Below, in pieces: positions 1 to 11,925 of a stretch of 64,000 bases of DNA (position 1 is its first letter; each line of letters opens with the position of its first letter). A program made the position numbers and the translations under genes. Where the stretch lies: contig NC_042999.1 in NCBI RefSeq assembly GCF_006345805.1, forward strand, positions 23,498,001-23,562,000. Reading direction: 5' to 3'. Below the pieces are notes generated by a model. The model worked only from the letters and a program-made list of their open reading frames with translations, made no database searches and was not told the origin of the DNA. This DNA is from Octopus sinensis. Its lineage: Eukaryota.

Positions 1-62
1 CGAGCAGGCTGTTCCGTTGATCGGATCAACCGGAACCCTCGTCGTCGTAACCGACGGAGTGC
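1..62. mobile_element. Fragment of a SINE-like interspersed repeat cut by the window edge
   Basis: GC-rich block GAGCAGGCTGTTCCGTTGATCGGATCAACCGGAACCCTCGTCGTCGTAACCGACGGAGTG unrelated to the LINE that follows; recognised from memory only, single copy here. Confidence 0.35.
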
Positions 63-254
63 TTTCTCCCTCCTAGTAGAAAATGTGGGCGTTGATGTCA
101 AGAAAAAGAAATATAACGGGAGTGACAAAAGAAAAGATCCATGGCGGAAAAGAAGAATACAGGAAGGGTTAGATATGCTCTCGAAAGACATTTCTGTGTT
201 AGACCGAAAAGCGAACAAAAATACTGGGCACTGAACAGGAAGTATTATATTGAA

Positions 255-793
255 CTAGCAGCATAGCCCGTTGTTGCCCGGGTATGTAAGAGCCCCTAGT
301 AGGCAACGACTAATCTCAATCTAGTCCTTTCCCTCTAGGGAACGAAGGCGCATGTGTAGGTTGCAATGTCCTCTGTGTATACGATGTTCCTAGCTGTACC
401 TTTGGGCGAAAACGCGATTTCCCAAAATGGCATGATTTTATCGATTTTTTTTCTGATGGTAAGGTATTGCATGGAAAACTAACGTCCGAATTAAGTTTCT
501 TAGGGTAACATTAAGCTTCACCATGAGTTCGGTGAAAATCGATTGCAAGTTGCGAAAACTACAACAGAAAATGTGTTGCATATAAAAAGCTTAGATTCTC
601 GACCCCATGTCGAATATATCGATCTTTTTTTCAGAACTGAGGGAACTTTTCAAAATTTTTGCTGCGTTAGTTTTGAATTATGACATTGGGCTATGTGTGT
701 GTCAAGTTTCATCAGAATCGGTTGGAAGCCGTGGTCAGGGTGAGGGTACAACCTGACAGACACAGACACACAGACAGGCAATATAGAGAGAGA
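255..793 (-). mobile_element. Non-autonomous Helitron (family E)
   Basis: Minus strand starts TC (TCTCTCTCTATA), ends CCCGGGCAACAACGGGCTATGCTGCTAG (hairpin + CTAG); sits between A and T with no TSD; the LINE frame YYIE*KGLKVV rejoins across it. Confidence 0.85.
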
Positions 794-1363
794 TGAAAGG
801 GCCTGAAAGTGGTAACGGCGGAACTGAAACAGTACCTCGTTGCAAAGAAAGCAAAGATACGACCAAAGAACGAAGGGATACTAACAGAACAGGTTATTCG
901 AAGTAGATCAGAAGAGATTCTACAAAGAAATAAATGGAGAGTGTTCAGATGAAAAGTTGATACCAGATAACATTGAAAGTCAGTGGTTTTGGAGTGACAT
1001 CAGGAGTAAAGACAAGGAGCAAAAGAAGGATGCCGAGTGGTTGCAAGAACTGAAACAAACACTAGTCTGTCCAAAACGGGCAGAACTAGTAATTTCAGTT
1101 TGAGAAGTGAAGGAAATCAGCAAAAAAAAAAGAAAAAAAAAGAGCAACTGGAAGGCCCCGGGACCAGATGGAGTTCAAGGCCACTGGTTCAAAAGATTTG
1201 GTGAATGTTATGCACGAATAGCTGCACAACTCAACACCTTGTTAAATGCCGACCAAGTAACACCAGAGTGGTTGACATTGGGTAGGACAGTGCTGTGCTT
1301 GAAAAAACATCGGAAAAGGCAATACGGTAGACAATTACAGGCCGATAACCTGCTTGCCACATA

Positions 1364-1622
1364 ATAATAATAATGTTCGTCCTTCGGATTCGAAGATGAC
1401 CACTGACATCATCTGGTGGAACTGCCGCTATGAGACCGGAGGTGGCTGGTGAGGCCAATCCGGGCAAGGAAGCCCCTCCCACAGGTGGGGCAGAAGTGGG
1501 TAGGGGCCGTGCTACTGGTGCAGGCAGCTCTGGCTTTCCGCATCTGGCGTTTCTGCTCTGCTGACCGAATCCGTCCCTCCTCGGCTGTCCCTGCTCCTGT
1601 GGTGATTGCTCCTGTGGTGATT
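1364..1622 (-). mobile_element. 5'-truncated RTE-clade LINE 3' end with 7-bp TSD
   Basis: AEQKRQMRK...FCPTCGRGFLARIGLTSHLRSH C-terminus, 3' UTR GTCATCTTCGAATCCGAAGGACGAAC, (ATT)n tail, TSD CCACATA at 1357-1363 and 1623-1629. Confidence 0.9.
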
Positions 1623-2154
1623 CCACATATGTGGAAATTATTTACTGGAATAGTCGCAGAGTCAATGTACGGACATCTGGTAAAAAAAATGGAGTCCTGC
1701 CACATGAGCAGAAGGGTTGCAAGCGTAAGTGCAGAGGTACCAAGTGTCAACCCCTGGTAGACAAAACTGGACTTAGAGATTTCAAGAGGAGGAAAGTAAC
1801 TTACAGTAACCATGTCATCGATCGATTGTCCGAGGGGGTTTTGTCCAAGTGGGGATTTTGTCCAGATCCCATAAATTAATCGTGACTTTTTCTTCTGTGA
1901 CTGTATTACCGGTTACCTAAAATTTATAGTGTTAATTTCATCGTGTTAATTAGTCACTTCCCAACATTGGTTGAGTGAAATCAAAAACAACACGACCCCT
2001 TCTCGGTGTGCTTTGAAGGCAGAAGAGAAGGGATAGAAGGTCCGACTAACGCAACCTTGGGATTGGCAGTTGGATAAAAACGATTTGTATGTATATGTTC
2101 GTGTTTGATGTGATTGTGTTGAAGGTTGGTCAGAAGATAAAAGGGAAATATATA

Positions 2155-2189
<35 letters not shown>

Positions 2190-2283
2190 TGTGTTTGTGT
2201 GTGCGCGTGTGCATTTATATGTGTGTCTGTATATATATATGTATGTAGGTATGTACGTACGTATGTATATTTTTATATTTAAA

Positions 2284-2641
2284 CTAGCAGTATCGCCCGG
2301 CGTTGCTCGGGTTTGTAAGGGAAATAACTATATAAGCATTTTTAGAGAGTTATAGCCAAAAAATAGCAAAAAAATGCATTAAAAATGGAAAAAAAAACAT
2401 TTTTAGAGAGTTACTTCCCTTATATAATAGCGAAAAAAATGCATTCAAATGGAAAAAAATGATGGTAAATTTTTTTTAAATCGTAGACTCATCGTAGACA
2501 CGCGCTAATACCCAGAAGGGCTCGATATGAATCACGACTATAAGATACCCGGTTTTGGTTAAACTGCACCGCAAAATATGGGAGTAGTTAGGAATCTAAA
2601 TCGTAGGAACAGACACACAACCTCTCTTTTATATATAAAGA
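2284..2641 (-). mobile_element. Non-autonomous Helitron (family C)
   Basis: 5' TCTTTATATATAAAAG, 3' CCCGAGCAACGCCGGGCGATACTGCTAG, A|T site; eight copies in the window. Confidence 0.9.
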
Positions 2642-2657
2642 TATATATATGTATACT

Positions 2658-3073
2658 TATTTCTTTATTGCCCACAAGGGGCTAAACATAGAGGGACAAA
2701 CAAGGACATACAAAGGGATTAAGTCGATTACATTGACCCAGTGCGTAACTGGTACTTAATTTATCGACTTCGAAAGGATGAAAGGCAAAGTCGAATCTCG
2801 GCGGAATTTGAACTCAGCACGTAACGGCAGACGAAATACCTACTTCTATTTCTTTACTAGCCGCAAGGGGTTAAACACAGAGAGGACAAACAAGGACAGA
2901 CAAACGGATTAAATCGATTGTATCGACCCAAGTGCATAACTGGTACTTAATTTATCGACCCCGAAAGGATGAAAGGCAAAGTCGACCTCGGCGGAATTTG
3001 AACTCAGAACGTAACGGCAGACGGAATATGCTAAGCATCCGGTGCGGTAACGTTTCTGCCAGCTCGCCGCCTT
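2658..3073 (-). mobile_element. tRNA-derived SINE family B, tandem dimer
   Basis: Head GGCGGCGAGCTGGCAGAA (A-box-like) ... GAGTTCAAATTCC (B-box-like), central GCCTTTCATCCTTTCGGGGTCGATAAA block, tail CCCCTTGTGGGNAGTAAAGAAATA; two units joined at GACGAAATAC. Confidence 0.85.
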
Positions 3074-3699
3074 GACACTATTCATATATGATGGCATTAC
3101 ATGTCACTTTTTTCTGAGTTCAAATTCCGCCGTGGTCGACTTAGCCTTTCTATTTTTGGGGGTCGATAAATTAAGTACCAGTTGCGAGGTCGTTATAATC
3201 AACATTTCTCTTACACACACGCAAAGCTACAAAATTTTAGTCTTTTGTTTGCGCAAGAAATTATTAGCTTCTTAGAAAAATATTTTGCCAAAAATATACA
3301 GAAAAAAAAAAACTACGTAGAGAAGAAAAATAATTTAAATAATTTTAATTTGATTCTATTACGTTAAATTTTATGAAATATCAAATTAAACTACTTATCT
3401 TGTAATATACAACTATGTCAGGTACCTCATTGAGATATTGAGAGGTCCTTCTTTGTAGGATGTTGTCTAGGGCAGTAGTGTTTTCATAAACGTTGATCCA
3501 GAAAACAATGTAGAAAACTATACGGATGTAATTCTCTCAATTCTTGGGAACTCCTACGCACGCTCACGCGGGCACACACAACCTCACCCTTCACTCCCAC
3601 CCACACACAGCTGCTACTTTGGCGTATTAACTAAAAGAGAGATTAGTTTACGTTATTTTATAGTTTACTATTCAGTTTCTAAAAATTCGTTAATATGTT

Positions 3700-3841
3700 T
3701 TTACAAGAAACCAGCACTAAATTCATATCACTAAGAGTAAAAGATGTTTTATATGACACTTTCTACCAGTATACGACGTTTCAAAGTGTTTATTTACAAA
3801 AAAAATATTTTCTCGATCTGCCGGTCAAAAGGTAAAGATCC
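3700..3841. mobile_element. Right half of the Merlin-like MITE family
   Basis: TTCTACCAGTATACGA...TGCCGGTCAAAAGGTAAAGATCC matches the right end of the 6821 and 37991 copies; left TIR not found. Confidence 0.55.
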
Positions 3842-3987
3842 TAAGTTAGAGCTTATAACAACTGTCTAAGGAATACTTGTATCCAATGAATCCACAGGTG
3901 TATTACCTATATTTAATCATGAGCATTGGTATTAATGCTCATCAATGATAGGTAAGAACAAGAATAAAACTAAGGTATATCAATATT

Positions 3988-4177
3988 CAAGGAAAGCAGA
4001 AAATGGAGATTCAATCGATGAACAACAAATTGATTTACATCAATTATCATTTATTAATTAATTACCAAAAGACAGAATCTCAACTCTCTCCTGTCTTTTT
4101 GTAATTAATTAATAAATGATAATTGATGTAAATCAATTGTTATTCATCAATTGCATCTCCGTTTTCTGCTTTCCTTG
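3988..4177. repeat. Foldback inverted repeat (~88-bp arms, 15-nt spacer)
   Basis: CAAGGAAAGCAGAAAATGGAGAT...AAAAGACAG pairs with CTGTCTTTTT...ATCTCCGTTTTCTGCTTTCCTTG. Confidence 0.85.
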
Positions 4178-4327
4178 TATATATATATATGAGTGTAGGA
4201 CAAAAGCTCTCAAGGACAAAAGCCCCACGGACAAAACCTGCTCGGACAAAAGCCCCATAATTAAAGTGTTAAAAGTGGATAAAAGCCCAACGGTTATATT
4301 TTTCGATTATTTTTTTCGTTTTTTCAC

Positions 4328-4600
4328 CTTTTACTTGTTTCAGTCATTAGATTGCGGCCGTGCTAGGGCACCGCCTTAAAGAATTTTAGTTGAACGTATC
4401 GACGTCAGAATTTTTTCCTTTTTACTTGTTGCAGTCAATAACCTAAGGCCATGCTGGGGCACCACCTTGAAGAACTTTTAGTCGAATGTATCAACCCCAG
4501 GATTTTTTTATTTTTTACTTGTTGCCGTTATTAGACTGCGGTCATGGTGAGGCACCACCTTGAATTTTCAGTAGAATATAATGACCCCAGAATTTTTTTA
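4328..4600 (-). mobile_element. Three tandem degenerate copies of a SINE-A-type 3' tail
   Basis: TTTACTTGTT(T/G)CAGTCA...GCGGCCATGCTGGGGCACC(A/G)CCTT repeated at ~4328, ~4420 and ~4513. Confidence 0.65.
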
Positions 4601-4682
4601 ATAGTTTTCAACCAGCGCATGAAATTAAGCCTTGAAGGTATCTCCACATGCCAAAAACAACAGCCAAATATCTTAAGCTGGT

Positions 4683-4755
4683 GGGGAGGGGACAAAGACG
4701 CACAAAGACACACACACATACATTTGTACACATGCAACCACACACACATACATTT

Positions 4756-4788
<33 letters not shown>

Positions 4789-4946
4789 TATATAACGGGC
4801 TTCATTCAGTTTCCGTCTACGAAGTCCACTCACAAGGCTTTGGTCGGCCCGAAGTTATAGTAGGAGATACTTGCTCAAGGTGCTACTCAGTGGGACTGAA
4901 CCAGGAACCATGTGGTTGGGAAGCAAGCTTCTTACCACATAGCAAC
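4683..4946 (-). mobile_element. SINE family A, 5' part
   Basis: Reverse complement of the SINE-A head and body with internal (CA)n. Confidence 0.75.
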
Positions 4947-4961
4947 TGTCAGTCTCTTCTA

Positions 4962-4963
4962 TG

Positions 4964-4997
<34 letters not shown>

Positions 4998-5019
4998 TGT
5001 ATGTATGTATGTATGTATG

Positions 5020-5053
<34 letters not shown>

Positions 5054-5068
5054 TGTATGTATGTATGC

Positions 5069-5126
<58 letters not shown>

Positions 5127-5531
5127 ATCTATCTCACTCTCTCTGTGTCTCTCTCCCTATATATATATATACATACAAATATACATACCTATATACATAC
5201 CTATATACATACCTATATACATACATACATACATACATACATACATACATACACACAAATACATAGGTGTATATATATATACATACAAATATACATACCT
5301 ATATACATACATATATACATATATACCTATATACATATATACATACATACATACACACAAATACATAGGTGTATACATATACATACCTATATACATACAT
5401 ACATACATACATACACACAAAGACATAGGTGTATATATATATATATATATGTAGATATATATATATATACATACAAATATACATACCTATATACATACAT
5501 ATATACATACATATATATATACACACATACA

Positions 5532-5563
<32 letters not shown>

Positions 5564-5569
5564 CATACA

Positions 5570-5603
<34 letters not shown>

Positions 5604-5660
5604 CATCATACATACACACAAATACATAGGTACACACACATGCACACACATACATGTATG
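4962..5660. repeat. Compound (TATG)n/(TCTA)n/(CATA)n microsatellite
   Basis: Direct inspection. Confidence 0.95.
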
Positions 5661-6364
5661 CGCAGGTACCCAAAGAGAGACTACCTTCCCTAGCTTTATT
5701 CTGCAACCAGACCAGTTTCAAAGACTTTTACACGTAGCCGCTTCGCAGTGAAGTTAGTAGTCAGTTTGCCTTATCTCAGAAGATAACGAGGTTGAAACGA
5801 TAATTAAAAGGAACGGGTCTTTTGTTTTTTCCCCCCTTTTTATTCCTTCTCTGCTTCCTTTCTATCCTTCTAACCTTTCTGTGCTCGTTTTTCGTTCCTT
5901 TATTTTTTCCTTTGTGTCTCTCTCTATTAAGTTGGAGATAGGTGACTAACGGCAGAGAGGTTATAAGATTCGGTTATCAGAGAATGTGTCCTCCTACCTG
6001 AACAGAAAGAAGTTTTCAGTACACCGCATATTAAGTCAAAGGCGCTGGCTTGGAAACATTGACGAGAACTCGGTAAATCTTATGAAGAACAAACCGCTCA
6101 TGTATCTTACAAAGTCTACACACACGCTTCGTATGCTGTACGTTATATTTATTTGCCTTTATCACAAACGAGAGCGCATACACACGCATGCGCACATCAT
6201 GCATTACAACGTGATATATTAATGCGGATGGCCCCTTGTGGGTAATAAAAAATCAGATATATTAATGCGGGTATACACACACACATACACACACATATAT
6301 ATACATACACACACGCATATTTATACACACACATTGAATAAATATACATACAGGCGTAAATATA

Positions 6365-6750
6365 CGTAGGAGTGGCTGTGTGGTAAGTAGTTGCTTACCA
6401 ACCTCACGGTTCCAGGTTCAGTCCCATTGCGTGGCACCTTGGGCAAGTGTCTTCTACTATAGCCTCGGGCCGACCAAAGCCTTGTGAGTGGATTTGGTAG
6501 ACGGAAACTGAAAGAAGCCCATCGTATATATATATATATACATGTATGTATGTGTGTGTATATGTTTGTGTATCTGTATTTGTCCCCCCAAATATCACTT
6601 GACAACCGATGCTGGTGTGTTTACCGATATAATAAGTACTAGGCTTACAAAGAATATGTCCTGGGATCGATTTGCTCGACTAAAGGCGGTGCTCCAGCAT
6701 GGCCACAGTCAAATGACTGAAACAAGTAAAAGAGTAAAGAGTAAAGAGTA
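6365..6750 (+). mobile_element. tRNA-derived SINE family A
   Basis: GGAGTGGCTGTGTGG A box, GGTTCAGTCCC B box, CORE-like CACCTTGGGCAAGTG, internal TA/TG microsatellite, tail CAGCATGGCCACAGTCAAATGACTGAAACAAG(TAAAGAG)n; small internal deletion. Confidence 0.85.
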
Positions 6751-6820
6751 TACGCACAACCAGACGATATTTAAACTTTATTCAACTGATATTATTCTAT
6801 ACACATTTACACAAATTCGG

Positions 6821-7180
6821 GGACCTTTTTTTTTTGAACGACACATGTCAACACAAGTTAGGGTTAGGGTTAGGGTTAGGGTTTGGGGAAGGGTATTTTT
6901 TTTTCTTCGCAAATGTAAATAAACCCAATCAGTTTCTTAAACGAGGGGACATATTCATACAGCACGGAATGTTTTCACCCCAAATGGAGGTCAGCGATTG
7001 GTTAAAATTGCCGAAATGCTCCAAATTTCAGACGAAATATCTTACAAACTATAGAATTTTCTCAATAAAGCCAAGAAAAAAATGATGTTTTATTAACACA
7101 TTCTACCAGTATACGAAGTTTAAAAGTGTTTAGTTAACTAGAAATTGTGTTGACATGTGCCGTTCAAAAGGAAAATATCC
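6821..7180. mobile_element. Merlin-like MITE with internal (TTAGGG)n and 8-bp TSD
   Basis: TIRs GGA...TTTGAACG(A/G)CACATGTCAACACAA; TSD AAATTCGG at 6813-6820 and 7181-7188. Confidence 0.8.
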
Positions 7181-7370
7181 AAATTCGGCAACAATTGCAG
7201 CGCAGAAGTCTTTTGGCAAGCTATTTAAGAACACACAAAATCCTTTAGTTTCACTTCAAAATTAAAATTTAATTTGTGTCAAAATTTTTCCGTCGCTTTG
7301 AAACCGCGACCTGTTCACAAGTAAAACTTCGTGCAGTACCAAGTTTTCTCAAATTAATTTAATTGCTTTC

Positions 7371-7577
7371 TATTCTAGGCACAAGGACCGAAATTTTGGG
7401 GAAGGGGCTAGTCGATTAGATCGACCCTAGTTCGTAACTGGTACTTAATTTATCGACCACGAAAGGATGAAAAGCAAAGTTGACCTCGGCGGAATTTGAT
7501 CTCAGAACGTAAGAACGGATGAAATGACACTAAGCATTTTAACTGCGCACTAACGATTCTACTAGTTCGCTGCCATA
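7371..7577 (-). mobile_element. SINE family B variant with an alternative tail
   Basis: B head and central block, but tail CCCCAAAATTTCGGTCCTTGTGCCTAGAATAG; related tails at ~9420-9480, 26250-26388 and 34430-34500. Confidence 0.7.
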
Positions 7578-7587
7578 AATTACACAC

Positions 7588-7630
<43 letters not shown>

Positions 7631-8280
7631 CATATATATATATAAATAACATACTAGATGTACCCGTCGTGACCTGTTGTGTCACAACCACTAGAAGTTG
7701 AAAATGTCGATGCGTAGCGGGAAAGGGAAAAAATAATATTTCGAACTTCATGCAATAGAATACTTTAAAATATTACACTTCTCCTGCCTTTGGTATGACA
7801 ACATAAATACAGCCAAGTTTCTTCTTTGAAAACGTTCATAAGGCTTTCAACTTTTTTCCTCGCTTTCTTCTTTGCTATTCTTCGTTATTACTGTTCCAAG
7901 TGAAATCCATGGGTACTTCGGCATAGAGTAATTGCAAAGTCATCATTGATACACAATGATAACAATTCTGTCAAGGTAAAGTATACTAGCCATCTCAATA
8001 TGGCTAACCACTAAGGGTGGGTGTTACTGAAGCTTTTAGCCCCAGGAGATCATCGTCTCCAGCTGGCTTTAGGCACACTTTCTGTGCCCTTATGACATTT
8101 GCAAAGGGAGGTCATCCCTCTCTCGTAAACCTAAGTGATACGCACAGACTGTAGTTTCGAGGTATTTGCCTCTTGTCAACGTACGGTAATCACCGGTTTT
8201 CGATGAGGGGACCTGTTTGCAAATATCTATATAATGTTTTTCCCAGTAACTTCTGTCACTGATTTCGAAAAACTGTCTGC

Positions 8281-8405
8281 AAGCAATAATAAATCTCTGA
8301 ACGAGATGTAAACAGTAACCGCTCGAGCCATATTGAGATGGCTAGTATACTTTACGTTGTCGAGCGGTTACTGTTTACATCTCGTTCAGAGATTTATTAT
8401 TGCTT
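8281..8405. repeat. Perfect 46-bp hairpin with 33-nt loop
   Basis: Arms 8281-8326 and 8360-8405 are exact reverse complements. Confidence 0.9.
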
Positions 8406-8926
8406 AAATTCTGTCAATGTTCTACTGATATGTCGTTCATTGACAGCCATGTATATCCTCGTTGTTTTTGAAATTCCAGGTTAGTGCTCGGCGTGCTGGA
8501 AGACCACTGAGAGTGAAGCATCCCTTGACTTTTGTTAAAGTATGTCCCTTGCAGAAGGTTGTTTTGATATTAAGCCAGATAAGCAGGGAATGACATTGAA
8601 CGTTTTGGAGGTCTTTTGCTTGCGGTTGCGATCGTGGCGATACCACATTTCTGAGCCCACAACCCATATTGGCACTCGATATCTTCATGTCTTGTTTCTG
8701 AATCGTGTCAGTAGGGTGGAGAGGGTCAATTAGGTGCTGCGCAAGTTTTATTGGACCAAAAATTTTAGACTGTGCAATCGCCGGTGAGGCGATTATTCTG
8801 TGTTTGATCGAGTAGTAGAGCGCCGCGACGAGCATGGAAACCGCTGCTAATTATAATTAGCGTACAAAACTACATCAATACACCAAGTTTGAAATCAATT
8901 GGAATAAAATTGAAGGAAGTAGGAGT

Positions 8927-9096
8927 AGGTGTAGGAGTGGCTCTGTGGTAAGTAGCTTGCTTACCAACTTCATGATTCCGGGTTCAGACCTACTGCGTGG
9001 CACCTTGGGCAAGTGTCTTCTACTATAGCTTCGGGCCGACCAAAGATTTGTGAGTGGATTTGGTAGACAGAAACTGAAAGAAGCCCGTCGAATATA

Positions 9097-9152
<56 letters not shown>

Positions 9153-9362
9153 TGTGTCTGTGTTTGTCCCCCCAACATCACTTGACAACCGATGCTGGTG
9201 CGTTTACGTCCCCGTCACTTAGCGGTTCGGCTAAAGAGACCGATAGAATAAGTACTAGGCTTATTACAAAGAATAAGTCCTGGGGTCGATTCGCTCGACT
9301 AAAGGTGGTGCTCCCGCATGGCCACAGTCAAATGACTGAAAACAAGTAAAAGAATAAAAGAG
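8927..9362 (+). mobile_element. SINE family A, full length
   Basis: Head, internal (TG)n and tail as in the 6365 copy. Confidence 0.9.
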
Positions 9363-9482
9363 AAGTTAAAGGTGAAAACGAACCAAAAGATGCAGAACCA
9401 TTGGAGTATTAGACTCGAGGTAATCGACTAAACCCCACTCCTCCCAAAATTGCTGGCCTTGTGCTCAAAAATAGAAAGAATT

Positions 9483-9662
9483 TATTTCTTTATTGCCCAC
9501 AGGGGGCTAAACATAGAAGGGACAAGCAAGGACAGACAAGGGGATTAAGTCGATTATATCAACCCCAGTGATTGACTGGTACTTAATTATTCGACCCCGA
9601 AAGGATGAAAGGCAAAGTCGACCTCGGCGGAATTTGAACTCAGAACGTTTGAACCCAGAACA
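9483..9662 (-). mobile_element. 5'-truncated SINE B with 16-bp TSD
   Basis: TSD AAAAATAGAAAGAATT at 9467-9482 and 9663-9678; short duplicated piece TTGAACCCAGAAC at the 5' junction. Confidence 0.85.
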
Positions 9663-10919
9663 AAAAATAGAAAGAATTATTAAAGGCAGAGAGTCTGCAA
9701 AATCGTTATCGCGTCAGAGAATATATAATTAACGGCATTTTTCCCGGTTTTACGGTTTTGGTTCAAATCCCGCCGAGGTCAGTTTTGCTTCTTATCCATT
9801 TCGGACTTGATTATATAAGGACCAGTCGAGCACTGACTGTTCTAACCCCAACCCCCACGCATTAACTCAAAATTTGATACCTTTTGCTTATTGTAGAAAA
9901 GATTATAACCATCACCATGCCCACCACCACTGCCACGCTGTTATCACCAACACCACTCTGCTATCACAACCATTAACACTATCAACAGATACCACCACCA
10001 CCACCACCACCACCACCATGAAGGCAAAGAACAGGCTTATTGTCTGGAGATGAGAGAATTGTCTAGGACAGGTATGTCTGCATCAATTGGCATCGTCGGC
10101 ACGGCAATTGGCCTACCTTACCTCCAGCATCCACTTGTATGTATGTATGTATGTATGTATCAAGCTTGCTTGGTGAGGAGGGTGTTTATTGGACACCCTG
10201 CGGGATGAATAACAAAACCCGTCAAAGGGCGGAGGAACTCTTGAGAGTCAACGGCCATCCAATAAATGTCTTAAGGCTGGATCATGCGCAGGGACATAGA
10301 AATAATCGGACTAAATACCCGATCGCGCAGTTAAACCATTGGGAGTGAAGGTCTCCTAGCCTTTGTTAGGGCATCCTTCTAGGAGAAGGTAACTCAGGTA
10401 ACTGGGATAACTACGACATAAAACCTGCGGCTCAGTGGTTACCGATGATGTTGATTTGTTCTTCTTTTCGGATAATGGCTGCTGTTGCTTAGTGAGTGGG
10501 ATTGACTCAGTGCACAGCCTTTCCCCACTTAAAAAAAATCTTCTTGCACAGGCATTGCACGATAACAACATTGATTAAGTTTCGTGCAATGACCATACTC
10601 GATAACGAGGGGGCAGCCACCATGTATGTATGTATGTATGTATGTATGTATGTATGTATGTATGTATGTATGTATGTATGTATGTATGTATGTATGTATG
10701 TATGCATGTATGTATGTTATTCAGTTTTATTTCAAAATTTCTTACCATTAGAGAAAGAACCGGTTTCTAACCTAGATCCAAGGCTCCTTTATTGGAATTT
10801 CATCAACATCAACAGAATATTTTTTTTTGTATGTATGTATACGTGCAGACTTGTATGTTTTGTTTTATGTATGGCTTCTCGTGCATATTCTTGCATATCT
10901 AGACATGCTCATATATATT

Positions 10920-11760
10920 TAAATGATAAACCCCGCTAATAGACGAAAACTTTCTCTCTATTATCAAAATATACACCGTAACAACTTTGAATACACGAGT
11001 GCCCAACATATACATCCCTCCAGTATCGAACCCTATACTTTAGACCATAACGAAAACCCAAACAATCCTACTAACACTAACTAGAATACTAATACCCCGA
11101 CTTCTACCACAATTACAGATAGGATAAAAATAACAACGATACGAATAGTAATAATATTAGTAATAATAATGTTAATACCATAGACCAATCTACCCCCATT
11201 TCTAACCTCTCCTTACACAGTATTACTTCCTCCGTTTCTGAAAATAATCCCCGCAATGCACTACCATGTAACTGTCGCCTGGGACCATTTGCCCTTTACA
11301 AACCCGTTGCAGAAGGTCTAGTGTAATTTATAAATGCACCGTCCTCAACACGTTACACAATTCTACAAAAATATATGTAGGATCAACGAGAATTTCAAAC
11401 AACGGTACGTTGCGCATCTCAATTCTTTTAGATATGAGGAACACAGTAAATTCACAACCCTCGCCAGTCACATACATCATCTCAGAAATATAAATATTCC
11501 ATGTAACTTGTCATGGTCCATAATAGATTCAGGGTCAACACTCAGCCTGTAAGTTATGCTTAAAAGAAACACTCCACATATTAAAGCACAACTCTTCAAT
11601 ACTACTATAACGAGGCCCTAGTTCCATGCAACCGCCGCTTTTTTCATATCTTCAAATTTTACCATAAATCTAAATGCAACTTAAATCACCAAACTGTACA
11701 CATACAGAACACCCCTTAGGTAATATCCAGCAACCTTATTTGGCTTTCCAATGTCTTAAT
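10920..11760 (+). mobile_element. Decayed Penelope-like element: Cys linker and GIY-YIG endonuclease
   Basis: With frameshifts: PCNCR..ICPLQTRCRRSSVIYKCTV..KIYVGST.ENFKQRYVAHLNSFR..TTLASHIHHL..WSII..CKLCLKE. Confidence 0.8.
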
Positions 11761-11879
11761 TCTTAAAATTTTCAATTTTTAATTTTTTTATTATTTAATA
11801 ATACATATATAAACATATGTGTATGTGTATATATATGTGTGTGTGTGTATGTGTATACATGTATATATATATATATATA

Positions 11880-11925
<46 letters not shown>

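Larger units (their letters stand above)
75..1795 (+). mobile_element. Decayed R4/Dong-clade non-LTR retrotransposon (N-terminal region and start of RT), interrupted by two insertions
   Basis: Translates with stops/frameshifts to [94 protein letters not shown]. Confidence 0.85.

Noticed and set aside
4890-5721. Long ORFs such as YIHT/CMYV repeats (also 39070-40182, 27216-27798, 58916-59284, 61104-61450)
   Set aside because: They are translations of tetra- and dinucleotide microsatellites that lack stop codons by composition
5772-5810. CAGAAGA..AAC-GAG-GTT-GAAAC as a hammerhead
   Set aside because: Core, stem III and stem I all deviate, and there is only one copy
8437-8835. 132-aa ORF as a captured gene
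   Set aside because: No recognisable motif; length is compatible with chance in this GC-richer block
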